Source: Azolla caroliniana
Taxonomy: Eukaryota; Plantae; Polypodiophyta
Length of the DNA: 64,000 nucleotides
Direction: 5' to 3'
Assembly: GCA_043228905.1 (NCBI GenBank)
Contig: JBHGNT010000037.1
Location: 124,001-188,000, forward strand
Below are positions 24,481 through 39,620 of this stretch, piece after piece. A model generated the notes under the pieces. It was not told where the DNA came from. It was given only the letters and a program-made list of their open reading frames with translations, and did no database searches. How positions within the stretch are numbered: position 1 is the first letter of the stretch; the number at the start of each line of letters is the position of its first letter. The position numbers were made by a program, and so were the translations under genes.

Positions 24481-27400
24481 CAACGCTAGCTATGATATTG
24501 AATTGAAAATTCATAATTTTAAAACTGAGGCCAAGAGACATGACGAAATTAGCAAATTTGAGGAGGTAGTGGAGAAGAGTGCGTCAGTAAATTAAAATGG
24601 TCATACGTGGCTCGTGTGATATCGGATTTCGGTGTTCAAACATGCGAATCGAAGCTAACAAGGCTAGCTATGACATAGAATTAAAAAATCGAGATTTTGA
24701 AACTCAGGTCAAGAGACATGAGGAAATTCGCATATTTGAGGAGGGAGTGGAGAAGAGCCAGTGAGTAAATTAAAATAATCATACCTGGCTCGTGTGATAT
24801 CGGATTTTTGTGTTCAAACATGCGAACCGAAGCTAACAAAGCTAGCTATGATATAGAATTAAAAAATCGAGATTTTGAAACTCAGGTCGAGAGACATGAC
24901 GAAATTAGCATATTTGAGGAGGGCGTTGAGAAGAGCGTGTGAGTAAATTAAAATGGTCATACCTGGCTCGTGTGATATCGGATTTCTGTGTTCAAACATG
25001 CGAATCGAAGCTAACAAGGCTAGCTATGATATAGAATTAAAAAATCGAGATTTTGAAACTCAGTTCGAGAGACATGAAAAAATTAACATATTTGAGGAGG
25101 GAGTTGAGAAGAGCCAGTGAGTAAATTAAAATGGTCATACCTGGCTCGTGTGATATCGGATTTCTGTGTTCAAACATGCGAATCGAAGTTAACAAGGCTA
25201 GCTATGACATAGAATTAAAAAATCGAGATTTTGAAACTCAGTTCGAGAGACATGAGGAAATTAGCATATTTGAGGAGGGAGTAGAGAAGAGCCAGTGAGT
25301 AAATTAAAATGGTCATACCTGGCTCGTGTGATATCGGATTTTTGTGTTCAAACATGCGAATCGAAGCTAACTACGCTAGCTTTGCTATAGAATTAAAAAA
25401 TCAAGATTTTGAAACTCACGTTGAGAGACATGAGGAAATTAGCATGTTGGAGGTAGTGGAGAAGAGTGTGTCAGTAAACTTAAATGTTCATACCTGGCAC
25501 GTGTGATATCGGATTTCTGTGTTCAAACATGCGAATCGAAGCTAACAACGCTAGCTATGATATAGAATTAAAAAATCAAGATTTTGAAACTCAAGTCGAG
25601 AGACATGACGAAATTAACATATTTGAGGAGGGAGTGGAGAAGAGTGCGTCAGGAAATTAAAATGTTCATACCTGGCTCGTGTGATATCAGATTTTTGTGT
25701 TCAAACATGCGAATCAAAGTTAACCATGCTAGCTATGATATTGAATTGACAAATTATAATTTTAAAACTGAGGCCGAGAGACATGAGGAAAGTAACAAAT
25801 TTGAGGAGGTATTGGAGAAGAGTGTGTCAGTAAACTTAAATGTTCATACCTGGCACGTGTGATATCGGATTTCTGTGTTCAAACATGCGAATCGAAGCTA
25901 ACAACGCTAGCTATGATATTGAATTGAAAATTCATAATTTTAAAACTGAGGCCAAGAGACATGACGAAATTAGCAAATTTGAGGAGGTAGTGGAGAAGAG
26001 TGCGTCAGTAAATTAAAATGGTCATACGTGGCTCGTGTGATATCGGATTTCGGTGTTCAAACATGCGAATCGAAGCTAACAAGGCTAGCTATGACATAGA
26101 ATTAAAAAATCGAGATTTTGAAACTCAGGTCAAGAGACATGAGGAAATTCGCATATTTGAGGAGGGAGTGGAGAAGAGCCAGTGAGTAAATTAAAATAAT
26201 CATACCTGGCTCGTGTGATATCGGATTTTTGTGTTCAAACATGCGAACCGAAGCTAACAAAGCTAGCTATGATATAGAATTAAAAAATCGAGATTTTGAA
26301 ACTCAGGTCGAGAGACATGACGAAATTAGCATATTTGAGGAGGGCGTTGAGAAGAGCGTGTGAGTAAATTAAAATGGTCATACCTGGCTCGTGTGATATC
26401 GGATTTCTGTGTTCAAACATGCGAATCGAAGCTAACAAGGCTAGCTATGATATTGAATTGAAAATTGAAAATTTTAAAACTGAGCCCGAGAGACATGACG
26501 AAATTAGCAAATTTGAGGAGGTAGTGGAGAAGAGTGCGTCAGTAAATTAAAATGGTCATACGTGGCTCGTGTGATATCGGATTTCTGTGTTCAAATATGC
26601 GAATCGAAGCTAACAAGGCTAGCTATGACATAGAATTAAAAAATCGAGATTTTGAAACTCAGGTCCAGAGACATGAGGAAATTCGCATATTTCAGGAGGG
26701 AGTGGAGAAGAGCCAGTGAGTAAATTAAAATAGTCATACCTGGCTCGTGTGATATCGGATTTTTGTGTTCAAACATGCGAATCGAAGCTAAAAAAGCTAG
26801 CTATGATATAGAATTAAAAAATCGAGATTTTGAAACTCAGGTCGAGAGACATGACGAAATTAGCATATTTGAGGAGGGCGTTGAGAAGAGCGTGTGAGTA
26901 AATTAAAATGGTCATACCTGGCTCGTGTGATATCGGATTTCTGTGTTCAAACATGCGAATCGAAGCTAACAAGGCTAGCTATGATATAGAATTAAAAAAT
27001 AGAGATTTTGAAACTCAGTTCGAGAGACATGAAAAAATTAACATATTTGAGGAGGGAGTTGAGAAGAGCCAGTGAGTAAATTAAAATGGTCATACCTGGC
27101 TCGTGTGATATCGGATTTCTGTGTTCAAACATGCGAATCGAAGTTAACAACGCTAGCTATGATATTGAATTGAAAATTCATAATTTTAAAATTGAGGGCG
27201 AGAGACATGACGAAATTAGCAAATTTGAGGAGGTAGTGGAGAAGAGTGCGTCAGTAAATTAAAATGGTCATACGTGGCTCGTGTGATATCGGATTTCGGT
27301 GTTCAAACATGTGAATCGAAGCTAACAAGGCTAGCTATGACATAGAATTAAAAAATCGAGATTTTGAAACTCAGTTCGAGAGACATGAAAAAATTAACAT

Positions 27401-28219
27401 ATTTGAGGAGGGAGTTGAGAAGAGCCAGTGAGTAAATTAAAATGGTCATACCTGGCTTGTGTGATATCGGATTTCTGTGTTCAAACATGCGAATCGAAGT
27501 TAACAACGCTAGCTATGATATTGAATTGAAAATTGAAAATTTTAAAACTGAGCCCGAGAGACATCACGAAATTAGCAAATTTGAGGAGGTAGTGGAGAAG
27601 AGTGCGTAAGTAAATTAAAATGGTCATACGTGGCTCGTGTGATATCGGATTTCTGTGTTCAAACATGCGAATCGAAGCTAACAAGGCTAGCTATGACATA
27701 GAATTAAAAAATCGAGATTTTGAAACTCAGGTCCAGAGACATGAGGAAATTCGCATATTTCAGGAGGGAGTGGAGAAGAGCCAGTGAGTAAATTAAAATA
27801 GTCATACCTGGCTCGTGTGATATCGGATTTTTGTGTTCAAACATGCGAATCGAAGCTAAAAAAGCTAGCTATGATATAGAATTAAAAAATCGAGATTTTG
27901 AAACTCAGGTCGAGAGACATGACGAAATTAGCATATTTGAGGAGGGCGTTGAGAAGAGCGTGTGAGTAAATTAAAATGGTCATACCTGGCTCGTGTGATA
28001 TCGGATTTCTGTGTTCAAACATGCGAATCGAAGCTAACAAGGCTAGCTATGATATAGAATTAAAAAATCGAGATTTTGAAACTCAGTTCGAGAGACATGA
28101 AAAAATTAACATATTTGAGGAGGGAGTTGAGAAGAGCCAGTGAGTAAATTAATATGGTCATACCTGGCTCGTGTGATATCGGATTTCTGTGTTCAAACAT
28201 GCGAATCGAAGTTAACAAG

Positions 28220-31200
28220 GCTAGCTATGACATAGAATTAAAAAATCGAGATTTTGAAACTCAGTTCGAGAGACATGAGGAAATTAGCATATTTGAGGAG
28301 GGAGTAGAGAAGAGCCAGTGAGTAAATTAAAATGGTCATACCTGGCTCGTGTGATATCGGATTTTTGTGTTCAAACATGCGAATCGAAGCTAACTACGCT
28401 AGCTTTGCTATAGAATTAAAAAATCAAGATTTTGAAACTCACGTTGAGAGACATGAGGAAATTAGCATGTTGGAGGTAGTGGAGAAGAGTGTGTCAGTAA
28501 ACTTAAATGTTCATACCTGGCACGTGTGATATCGGATTTCTGTGTTCAAACATGCGAATCGAAGCTAACAACGCTAGCTATGATATAGAATTAAAAAATC
28601 AAGATTTTGAAACTCAGGTCGAGAGACATGACGAAATTAACACATTTGAGGAGGGAGTGGAGAAGAGTGCGTCAGGAAATTAAAATGTTCATACCTGGCT
28701 CGTGTGATATCAGATTTTTGTGTTCAAACATGCGAATCAAAGTTAACCATGCTAGCTATGATATTGAATTGACAAATTATAATTTTAAAACTGAGGCCGA
28801 GAGACATGAGGAAAGTAACAAATTTGAGGAGGTAGTGGAGAAGAGTACGTCAGTAAATTAAAATGTTCATACCTGGCACGTGTGATATCGGATATTTGTG
28901 TTCAAACATGCGAATCGAAAATAACAACGCTAGGTATGATATAGAATTAAAAAATCGAGATTTTGAAACTTAGGTCGAGAGACATGACGAAATTAACATA
29001 TTTAAGGAGGGAGTTGAGAAGAGCCAGTGAGTAAATTAAAATGTTCATACCTGGCTCGTGTGATATCGGATTTTTGTGTTCAAACATGCGAATCGAAGCT
29101 AACTACGCTAGCTTTGCTATAGAATTAAAAAATCAAGATTTTGAAACTCACGTTGAGAGACATGAGGAAATTAGCATGTTGGAGGTAGTGGAGAAGAGTG
29201 TGTCAGTAAACTTAAATGTTCATACCTGGCACGTGTGATATCGGATTTCTGTGTTCAAACATGCGAATCGAAGCTAACAACGCTAGCTATGATATTGAAT
29301 TGAAAATTCATAATTTTAAAACTGAGGCCAAGAGACATGACGAAATTAGCAAATTTGAGGAGGTAGTGGAGAAGAGTGCGTCAGTAAATTAAAATGGTCA
29401 TACGTGGCTCGTGTGATATCGGATTTCGGTGTTCAAACATGCGAATCGAAGCTAACAAGGCTAGCTATGACATAGAATTAAAAAATCGAGATTTTGAAAC
29501 TCAGGTCAAGAGACATGAGGAAATTCGCATATTTGAGGAGGGAGTGGAGAAGAGCCAGTGAGTAAATTAAAATAATCATACCTGGCTCGTGTGATATCGG
29601 ATTTTTGTGTTCAAACATGCGAACCGAAGCTAACAAAGCTAGCTATGATATAGAATTAAAAAATCGAGATTTTGAAACTCAGGTCGAGAGACATGACGAA
29701 ATTAGCATATTTGAGGAGGGCGTTGAGAAGAGCGTGTGAGTAAATTAAAATGGTCATACCTGGCTCGTGTGATATCGGATTTCTGTGTTCAAACATGCGA
29801 ATCGAAGCTAACAAGGCTAGCTATGATATAGAATTAAAAAATCGAGATTTTGAAACTCAGTTCGAGAGACATGAAAAAATTAACATATTTGAGGAGGGAG
29901 TTGAGAAGAGCCAGTGAGTAAATTAAAATGGTCATACCTGGCTCGTGTGATATCGGATTTCTGTGTTCAAACATGCGAATCGAAGTTAACAAGGCTAGCT
30001 ATGACATAGAATTAAAAAATCGAGATTTTGAAACTCAGTTCGAGAGACATGAGGAAATTAGCATATTTGAGGAGGGAGTAGAGAAGAGCCAGTGAGTAAA
30101 TTAAAATGGTCATACCTGGCTCGTGTGATATCGGATTTTTGTGTTCAAACATGCGAATCGAAGCTAACTACGCTAGCTTTGCTATAGAATTAAAAAATCA
30201 AGATTTTGAAACTCACGTTGAGAGACATGAGGAAATTAGCATGTTGGAGGTAGTGGAGAAGAGTGTGTCAGTAAACTTAAATGTTCATACCTGGCACGTG
30301 TGATATCGGATTTCTGTGTTCAAACATGCGAATCGAAGCTAACAACGCTAGCTATGATATAGAATTAAAAAATCAAGATTTTGAAACTCAAGTCGAGAGA
30401 CATGACGAAATTAACATATTTGAGGAGGGAGTGGAGAAGAGTGCGTCAGGAAATTAAAATGTTCATACCTGGCTCGTGTGATATCAGATTTTTGTGTTCA
30501 AACATGCGAATCAAAGTTAACCATGCTAGCTATGATATTGAATTGACAAATTATAATTTTAAAACTGAGGCCGAGAGACATGAGGAAAGTAACAAATTTG
30601 AGGAGGTATTGGAGAAGAGTACGTCAGTAAATTAAAATGTTCATACCTGGCACGTGTGATATCGGATATTTGTGTTCAAACATGCGAATCGAAGATAACA
30701 ACGCTAGGTATGATATAGAATTAAAAAATCGAGATTTTGAAACTCAGGTCGAGAGACATGACGAAATTAACATATTTAAGGAAGGAGTTGAGAAGAGCCA
30801 GTGAGTAAATTAAAATGGTCATACCTGGCTCGTGTGATATCGGATTTCTGTGTTCAAACATGCGAATCGAAGCTAACAAGGCTAGCTATGACATAGAATT
30901 AAAAAATCGAGATTTTGAAACTCAGTTCGAGAGACATGACGAAATTAGCATATTTGAGGAGGGAGTAGAGAAGAGCCAGTGAGTAAATTAAAATGGTCAT
31001 ACCTGGCTCGTGTGATATCGGATTTTTGTGTTCAAACATGCGAATCGAAGCTAACTACGCTAGCTTTGCTATAGAATTAAAAAATCAAGATTTTGAAACT
31101 CACGTTGAGAGACATGAGGAAATTAGCATGTTGGAGGTAGTGGAGAAGAATGTGTCAGTAAACTTAAATGTTCATACCTGGCACGTGTGATATCGGATTT

Positions 31201-34200
31201 CTGTGTTCAAACATGCGAATCGAAGCTAACAACGCTAGCTATGATATAGAATTAAAAAATCAAGATTTTGAAACTCAAGTCGAGAGACATGATGAAATTA
31301 ACATATTTGAGGAGGGAGTTGAGAAGAGTGCGTCAGGAAATTAAAATGTTCATACCTGGCTCGTGTGATATCAGATTTTTGTGTTCAAACATGCGAATCA
31401 AAGTTAACCATGCTAGCTATGATATTGAATTGACAAATTATAATTTTAAAACTGAGGCCGAGAGACATGAGGAAAGTAACAAATTTGAGGAGGTAGTGGA
31501 GAAGAGTACGTCAGTAAATTAAAATGTTCATACCTGGCACGTGTGATATCGGATATTTGTGTTCAAACATGCGAATCGAAGATAACAACGCTAGGTATGA
31601 TATAGAATTAAAAAATCAAGATTTTGAAACTTAGGTCGAGAGACATGACGAAATTAACATATTTAAGGAGGGAGTTGAGAAGAGCCAGTGAGTAAATTAA
31701 AATGGTCACACCTGGCTCGTGTGATATCGGATTTCTGTGTTCAAACATGCGAATCGAAACTAACAAGGTTAGCTATGACATAGAATTAAAAAATCGAGAT
31801 TTTGAAACTCAGTTCGAGAGACATGAGGAAATTAGCATATTTGAGGAGGGAGTAGAGAAGAGCCAGTGAGTAAATTAAAATGGTCGTACCTGGTTCGTGT
31901 GATATCGGATTTTTGTGTTCAAACATGCGAATCGAAGCTAACTACGCCAGCTTTGATATAGAATTAAAAAATCAAGATTTTGAAACTCACGTCGAGAGAC
32001 ATGAGGAAATTAGCATGTTGGAGGAGGGAGTTGAGAAGAGCGAGTGAGTAAATTAAAATGGTCACACCTGGCTCGTGTAATATCGGATTTCTGTGTTCAA
32101 ACATGCGAATCGAAGCTAACAAGGCTAGCTATGATATAGAATTAAAAAATCGAGATTTTGAAACTCAGTTCGAGAGACATGAAAAAATTAACATATTTGA
32201 GGAGGGAGTTGAGAAGAGCCAGTGAGTAAATTAAAATGGTCATACCTGGCTTGTGTGATATCGGATTTCTGTGTTCAAACATGCGAATCGAAGTTAACAA
32301 CGCTAGCTATGATATTGAATTGAAAATTGAAAATTTTAAAACTGAGCCCGAGAGACATGACGAAATTAGCAAATTTGAGGAGGTAGTGGAGAAGAGTGCG
32401 TCAGTAAATTAAAATGGTCATACGTGGCTCGTGTGATATCGGATTTCTGTGTTCAAACATGCGAATCGAAGCTAACAAGGCTAGCTATGACATAGAATTA
32501 AAAAATCGAGATTTTGAAACTCAGGTCCAGAGACATGAGGAAATTCGCATATTTCAGGAGGGAGTGGAGAAGAGCCAGTGAGTAAATTAAAATAGTCATA
32601 CCTGGCTCGTGTGATATCGGATTTTTGTGTTCAAACATGCGAATCGAAGCTAAAAAAGCTAGCTATGATATAGAATTAAAAAATCGAGATTTTGAAACTC
32701 AGGTCGAGAGACATGACGAAATTAGCATATTTGAGGAGGGCGTTGAGAAGAGCGTGTGAGTAAATTAAAATGGTCATACCTGGCTCGTGTGATATCGGAT
32801 TTCTGTGTTCAAACTTGCGAATCGAAGCTAACAAGGCTAGCTATGATATAGAATTAAAAAATAGAGATTTTGAAACTCAGTTCGAGAGACATGAAAAAAT
32901 TAACATATTTGAGGAGGGAGTTGAGAAGAGCCAGTGAGTAAATTAAAATGGTCATACCTGGCTCGTGTGATATCGGATTTTTGTGTTCAAACATGCGAAT
33001 CGAAGCTAACTACGCTAGCTTTGCTATAGAATTAAAAAATCAAGATTTTGAAACTCACGTTGAGAGACATGAGGAAATTAGCATGTTGGAGGTAGTGGAG
33101 AAGAGTGTGTCAGTAAACTTAAATGTTCATACCTTGCACGTGTGATATCGGATTTCTGTGTTCAAACATGCGAATCGAAGCTAACAACGCTAGCTATGAT
33201 ATAGAATTAAAAAATCAAGATTTTGAAACTCAAGTCGAGAGACATGACGAAATTAACATATTTGAGGAGGGAGTGGAGAAGAGTGCGTCAGGAAATTAAA
33301 ATGTTCATACCTGGCTCGTGTGATATCAGATTTTTGTGTTCAAACATGCGAATCAAAGTTAACCATGCTAGCTATGATATTGAATTGACAAATTATAATT
33401 TTAAAACTGAGGCCGAGAGACATGAGGAAAGTAACAAATTTGAGGAGGTATTGGAGAAGAGTACGTCAGTAAATTAAAATGTTCATACCTGGCACGTGTG
33501 ATATCGGATATTTGTGTTCAAACATGCGAATCGAAGATAACAACGCTAGGTATGATATAGAATTAAAACATCGAGATTTTGAAACTCAGGTCGAGAGACA
33601 TGACGAAATTAACATATTTAAGGAAGGAGTTGAGAAGAGCCAGTGAGTAAATTAAAATGGTCATACCTGGCTCGTGTGATATCGGATTTCTGTGTTCAAA
33701 CATGCGAATCGAAGCTAACAAGGCTAGCTATGACATAGAATTAAAAAATCGAGATTTTGAAACTCAGTTCGAGAGACATGAGGAAATTAGCATATTTGAG
33801 GAGGGAGTAGAGAAGAGCCAGTGAGTAAATTAAAATGGTCATACCTGGCTCGTGTGATATCGGATTTTTGTGTTCAAACATGCGAATCGAAGCTAACTAC
33901 GCTAGCTTTGCTATAGAATTAAAAAATCAAGATTTTGAAACTCACGTTGAGAGACATGAGGAAATTAGCATGTTGGAGGTAGTGGAGAAGAGTGTTTCAG
34001 TAAACTTAAATGTTCATACCTGGCACGTGTGATATCGGATTTCTGTGTTCAAACATGCGAATCGAAGCTAACAACGCTAGCTATGATATAGAATTAAAAA
34101 ATCAAGATTTTGAAACTCAGGTCGAGAGACATGACGAAATTAACACATTTGAGGAGGGAGTGGAGAAGAGTGCGTCAGGAAATTAAAATGTTCATACCTG

Positions 34201-37200
34201 GCTCGTGTGATATCAGATTTTTGTGTTCAAACATGGGAATCAAAGTTAACCATGCTAGCTATGATATTGAATTGACAAATTATAATTTTAAAACTGAGGC
34301 CGAGAGACATGAGGAAAGTAACAAATTTGAGGAGGTAGTGGAGAAGAGTACGTCAGTAAATTAAAATGTTCATACCTGGCACGTGTGATATCGGATATTT
34401 GTGTTCAAACATGCGAATCGAAAATAACAACGCTAGGTATGATATAGAATTAAAAAATCGAGATTTTGAAACTTAGGTCGAGAGACATGACGAAATTAAC
34501 ATATTTAAGGAGGGAGTTGAGAAGAGCCAGTGAGTAAATTAAAATGTTCATACCTGGCTCGTGTGATATCGGATTTTTGTGTTCAAACATGCGAATCGAA
34601 GCTAACTACGCTAGCTTTGCTATAGAATTAAAAAATCAAGATTTTGAAACTCACGTTGAGAGACATGAGGAAATTAGCATGTTGGAGGTAGTGGAGAAGA
34701 GTGTGTCAGTAAACTTAAATGTTCATACCTGGCACGTGTGATATCGGATTTCTGTGTTCAAACATGCGAATCGAAGCTAACAACGCTAGCTATGATATTG
34801 AATTGAAAATTCATAATTTTAAAACTGAGGCCAAGAGACATGACGAAATTAGCAAATTTGAGGAGGTAGTGGAGAAGAGTGCGTCAGTAAATTAAAATGG
34901 TCATACGTGGCTCGTGTGATATCGGATTTCGGTGTTCAAACATGCGAATCGAAGCTAACAAGGCTAGCTATGACATAGAATTAAAAAATCGAGATTTTGA
35001 AACTCAGGTCAAGAGACATGAGGAAATTCGCATATTTGAGGAGGGAGTGGAGAAGAGCCAGTGAGTAAATTAAAATAATCATACCTGGCTCGTGTGATAT
35101 CGGATTTTTGTGTTCAAACATGCGAACCGAAGCTAACAAAGCTAGCTATGATATAGAATTAAAAAATCGAGATTTTGAAACTCAGGTCGAGAGACATGAC
35201 GAAATTAGCATATTTGAGGAGGGCGTTGAGAAGAGCGTGTGAGTAAATTAAAATGGTCATACCTGGCTCGTGTGATATCGGATTTCTGTGTTCAAACATG
35301 CGAATCGAACCTAACAAGGCTAGCTCTGATATAGAATTAAAAAATCGAGATTTTGAAACTCAGTTCGAGAGACATGAAAAAATTAACATATTTGAGGAGG
35401 GAGTTGAGAAGAGCCAGTGAGTAAATTAAAATGGTCATACCTGGCTCGTGTGATATCGGATTTCTGTGTTCAAACATGCGAATCGAAGTTAACAAGGCTA
35501 GCTATGACATAGAATTAAAAAATCGAGATTTTGAAACTCAGTTCGAGAGACATGAGGAAATTAGCATATTTGAGGAGGGAGTAGAGAAGAGCCAGTGAGT
35601 AAATTAAAATGGTCATACCTGGCTCGTGTGATATCGGATTTTTGTGTTCAAACATGCGAATCGAAGCTAACTACGCTAGCTTTGCTATAGAATTAAAAAA
35701 TCAAGATTTTGAAACTCACGTTGAGAGACATGAGGAAATTAGCATGTTGGAGGTAGTGGAGAAGAGTGTGTCAGTAAACTTAAATGTTCATACCTGGCAC
35801 GTGTGATATCGGATTTCTGTGTTCAAACATGCGAATCGAAGCTAACAACGCTAGCTATGATATAGAATTAAAAAATCAAGATTTTGAAACTCAAGTCGAG
35901 AGACATGACGAAATTAACATATTTGAGGAGGGAGTGGAGAAGAGTGCGTCAGGAAATTAAAATGTTCATACCTGGCTCGTGTGATATCAGATTTTTGTGT
36001 TCAAACATGCGAATCAAAGTTAACCATGCTAGCTATGATATTGAATTGACAAATTATAATTTTAAAACTGAGGCCGAGAGACATGAGGAAAGTAACAAAT
36101 TTGAGGAGGTATTGGAGAAGAGTACGTCAGTAAATTAAAATGTTCATACCTGGCACGTGTGATATCGGATATTTGTGTTCAAACATGCGAATCGAAGATA
36201 ACAACGCTAGGTATGATATAGAATTAAAAAATCGAGATTTTGAAACTCAGGTCGAGAGACATGACGAAATTAACATATTTAAGGAAGGAGTTGAGAAGAG
36301 CCAGTGAGTAAATTAAAATGGTCATACCTGGCTCGTGTGATATCGGATTTCTGTGTTCAAACATGCGAATCGAAGCTAACAAGGCTAGCTATGACATAGA
36401 ATTAAAAAATCGAGATTTTGAAACTCAGTTCGAGAGACATGAGGAAATTAGCATATTTGAGGAGGGAGTAGAGAAGAGCCAGTGAGTAAATTAAAATGGT
36501 CATACCTGGCTCGTGTGATATCGGATTTTTGTGTTCAAACATGCGAATCGAAGCTAACTACGCTAGCTTTGCTATAGAATTAAAAAATCAAGATTTTGAA
36601 ACTCACGTTGAGAGACATGAGGAAATTAGCATGTTGGAGGTAGTGGAGAAGAGTGTGTCAGTAAACTTAAATGTTCATACCTGGCACGTGTGATATCGGA
36701 TTTCTGTGTTCAAACATGCGAATCGAAGCTAACAACGCTAGCTATGATATAGAATTAAAAAATCAAGATTTTGAAACTCAAGTCGAAAGACATGATGAAA
36801 TTAACATATTTGAGGAGGGAGTTGAGAAGAGTGCGTCAGGAAATTAAAATGTTCATACCTGGCTCGTGTGATATCAGATTTTTGTGTTCAAACATGCGAA
36901 TCAAAGTTAACCATGCTAGCTATGATATTGAATTGACAAATTATAATTTTAAAACTAAGGCCGAGAGACATGAGGAAAGTAACAAATTTGAGGAGGTAGT
37001 GGAGAAGAGTACGTCAGTAAATTAAAATGTTCATACCTGGCACGTGTGATATCGGATATTTGTGTTCAAACATGCGAATCGAAGATAACAACGCTAGGTA
37101 TGATATAGAATTAAAAAATCAAGATTTTGAAACTTAGGTCGAGAGACATGACGAAATTAACATATTTAAGGAGGGAGTTGAGAAGAGCCAGTGAGTAAAT

Positions 37201-39620
37201 TAAAATGGTCACACCTGGCTCGTGTGATATCGGATTTCTGTGTTCAAACATGCGAATCGAAGCTAACAAGGTTAGCTATGACATAGAATTAAAAAATCGA
37301 GATTTTGAAACTCAGTTCGAGAGACATGAGGAAATTAGCATATTTGAGGAGGGAGTAGAGAAGAGCCAGTGAGTAAATTAAAATGGTCGTACCTGGTTCG
37401 TGTGATATCGGATTTTTGTGTTCAAACATGCGAATCGAAGCTAACTACGCCAGCTTTGATATAGAATTAAAAAATCAAGATTTTGAAACTCACGTCGAGA
37501 GACATGAGGAAATTAGCATGTTGGAGGAGGGAGTTGAGAAGAGCGAGTGAGTAAATTAAAATGGTCACACCTGGCTCGTGTAATATCGGATTTCTGTGTT
37601 CAAACATGCGAATCGAAGCTAACAAGGCTAGCTATGATATAGAATTAAAAAATCGAGATTTTGAAACTCAGTTCGAGAGACATGAAAAAATTAACATATT
37701 TGAGGAGGGAGTTGAGAAGAGCCAGTGAGTAAATTAAAATGGTCATACCTGGCTTGTGTGATATCGGATTTCTGTGTTCAAACATGCGAATCGAAGTTAA
37801 CAACGCTAGCTATGATATTGAATTGAAAATTGAAAATTTTAAAACTGAGCCCGAGAGACATGACGAAATTAGCAAATTTGAGGAGGTAGTGGAGAAGAGT
37901 GCGTCAGTAAATTAAAATGGTCATACGTGGCTCGTGTGATATCGGATTTCTGTGTTCAAACATGCGAATCGAAGCTAACAAGGCTAGCTATGACATAGAA
38001 TTAAAAAATCGAGATTTTGAAACTCAGGTCCAGAGACATGAGGAAATTCGCATATTTCAGGAGGGAGTGGAGAAGAGCCAGTGAGTAAATTAAAATAGTC
38101 ATACCTGGCTCGTGTGATATCGGATTTTTGTGTTCAAACATGCGAATCGAAGCTAAAAAAGCTAGCTATGATATAGAATTAAAAAATCGAGATTTTGAAA
38201 CTCAGGTCGAGAGACATGACGAAATTAGCATATTTGAGGAGGGCGTTGAGAAGAGCGTGTGAGTAAATTAAAATGGTCATACCTGGCTCGTGTGATATCG
38301 GATTTCTGTGTTCAAACTTGCGAATCGAAGCTAACAAGGCTAGCTATGATATAGAATTAAAAAATAGAGATTTTGAAACTCAGTTCGAGAGACATGAAAA
38401 AATTAACATATTTGAGGAGGGAGTTGAGAAGAGCCAGTGAGTAAATTAAAATGGTCATACCTGGCTCGTGTGATATCGGATTTTTGTGTTCAAACATGCG
38501 AATCGAAGCTAACTACGCTAGCTTTGCTATAGAATTAAAAAATCAAGATTTTGAAACTCACGTTGAGAGACATGACGAAATTAGCATGTTGGAGGTAGTG
38601 GAGAAGAGTGTGTCAGTAAACTTAAATGTTCATACCTTGCACGTGTGATATCGGATTTCTGTGTTCAAACATGCGAATCGAAGCTAACAACGCTAGCTAT
38701 GATATAGAATTAAAAAATCAAGATTTTGAAACTCAAGTCGAGAGACATGACGAAATTAACATATTTGAGGAGGGAGTGGAGAAGAGTGCGTCAGGAAATT
38801 AAAATGTTCATACCTGGCTCGTGTGATATCAGATTTTTGTGTTCAAACATGCGAATCAAAGTTAACCATGCTAGCTATGATATTGAATTGACAAATTATA
38901 ATTTTAAAACTGAGGCCGAGAGACATGAGGAAAGTAACAAATTTGAGGAGGTATTGGAGAAGAGTACGTCAGTAAATTAAAATGTTCATACCTGGCACGT
39001 GTGATATCGGATATTTGTGTTCAAACATGCGAATCGAAGATAACAACGCTAGGTATGATATAGAATTAAAAAATCGAGATTTTGAAACTCAGGTCGAGAG
39101 ACATGACGAAATTAACATATTTAAGGAAGGAGTTGAGAAGAGCCAGTGAGTAAATTAAAATGGTCATACCTGGCTCGTGTGATATCGGATTTCTGTGTTC
39201 AAACATGCGAATCGAAGCTAACAAGGCTAGCTATGACATAGAATTAAAAAATCGAGATTTTGAAACTCAGTTCGAGAGACATGAGGAAATTAGCATATTT
39301 GAGGAGGGAGTAGAGAAGAGCCAGTGAGTAAATTAAAATGGTCATACCTGGCTCGTGTGATATCGGATTTTTGTGTTCAAACATGCGAATCGAAGCTAAC
39401 TACGCTAGCTTTGCTATAGAATTAAAAAATCAAGATTTTGAAACTCACGTTGAGAGACATGAGGAAATTAGCATGTTGGAGGTAGTGGAGAAGAGTGTGT
39501 CAGTAAACTTAAATGTTCATACCTGGCACGTGTGATATCGGATTTCTGTGTTCAAACATGCGAATCGAAGCTAACAACGCTAGCTATGATATAGAATTAA
39601 AAAATCAAGATTTTGAAACT
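28220..39620 (+). repeat. Tandem 31-monomer higher-order repeat x2 (5,503-bp period; boundaries approximate)
   Basis: Marker pairs 28332/33835, 29041/34544, 30106/35609, 30993/36496, 32948/38451 and 33835/39338 all differ by 5,503 = 31x178-15. A private variant ACCTTGCACG occurs at 33131 and 38634. Confidence 0.85.
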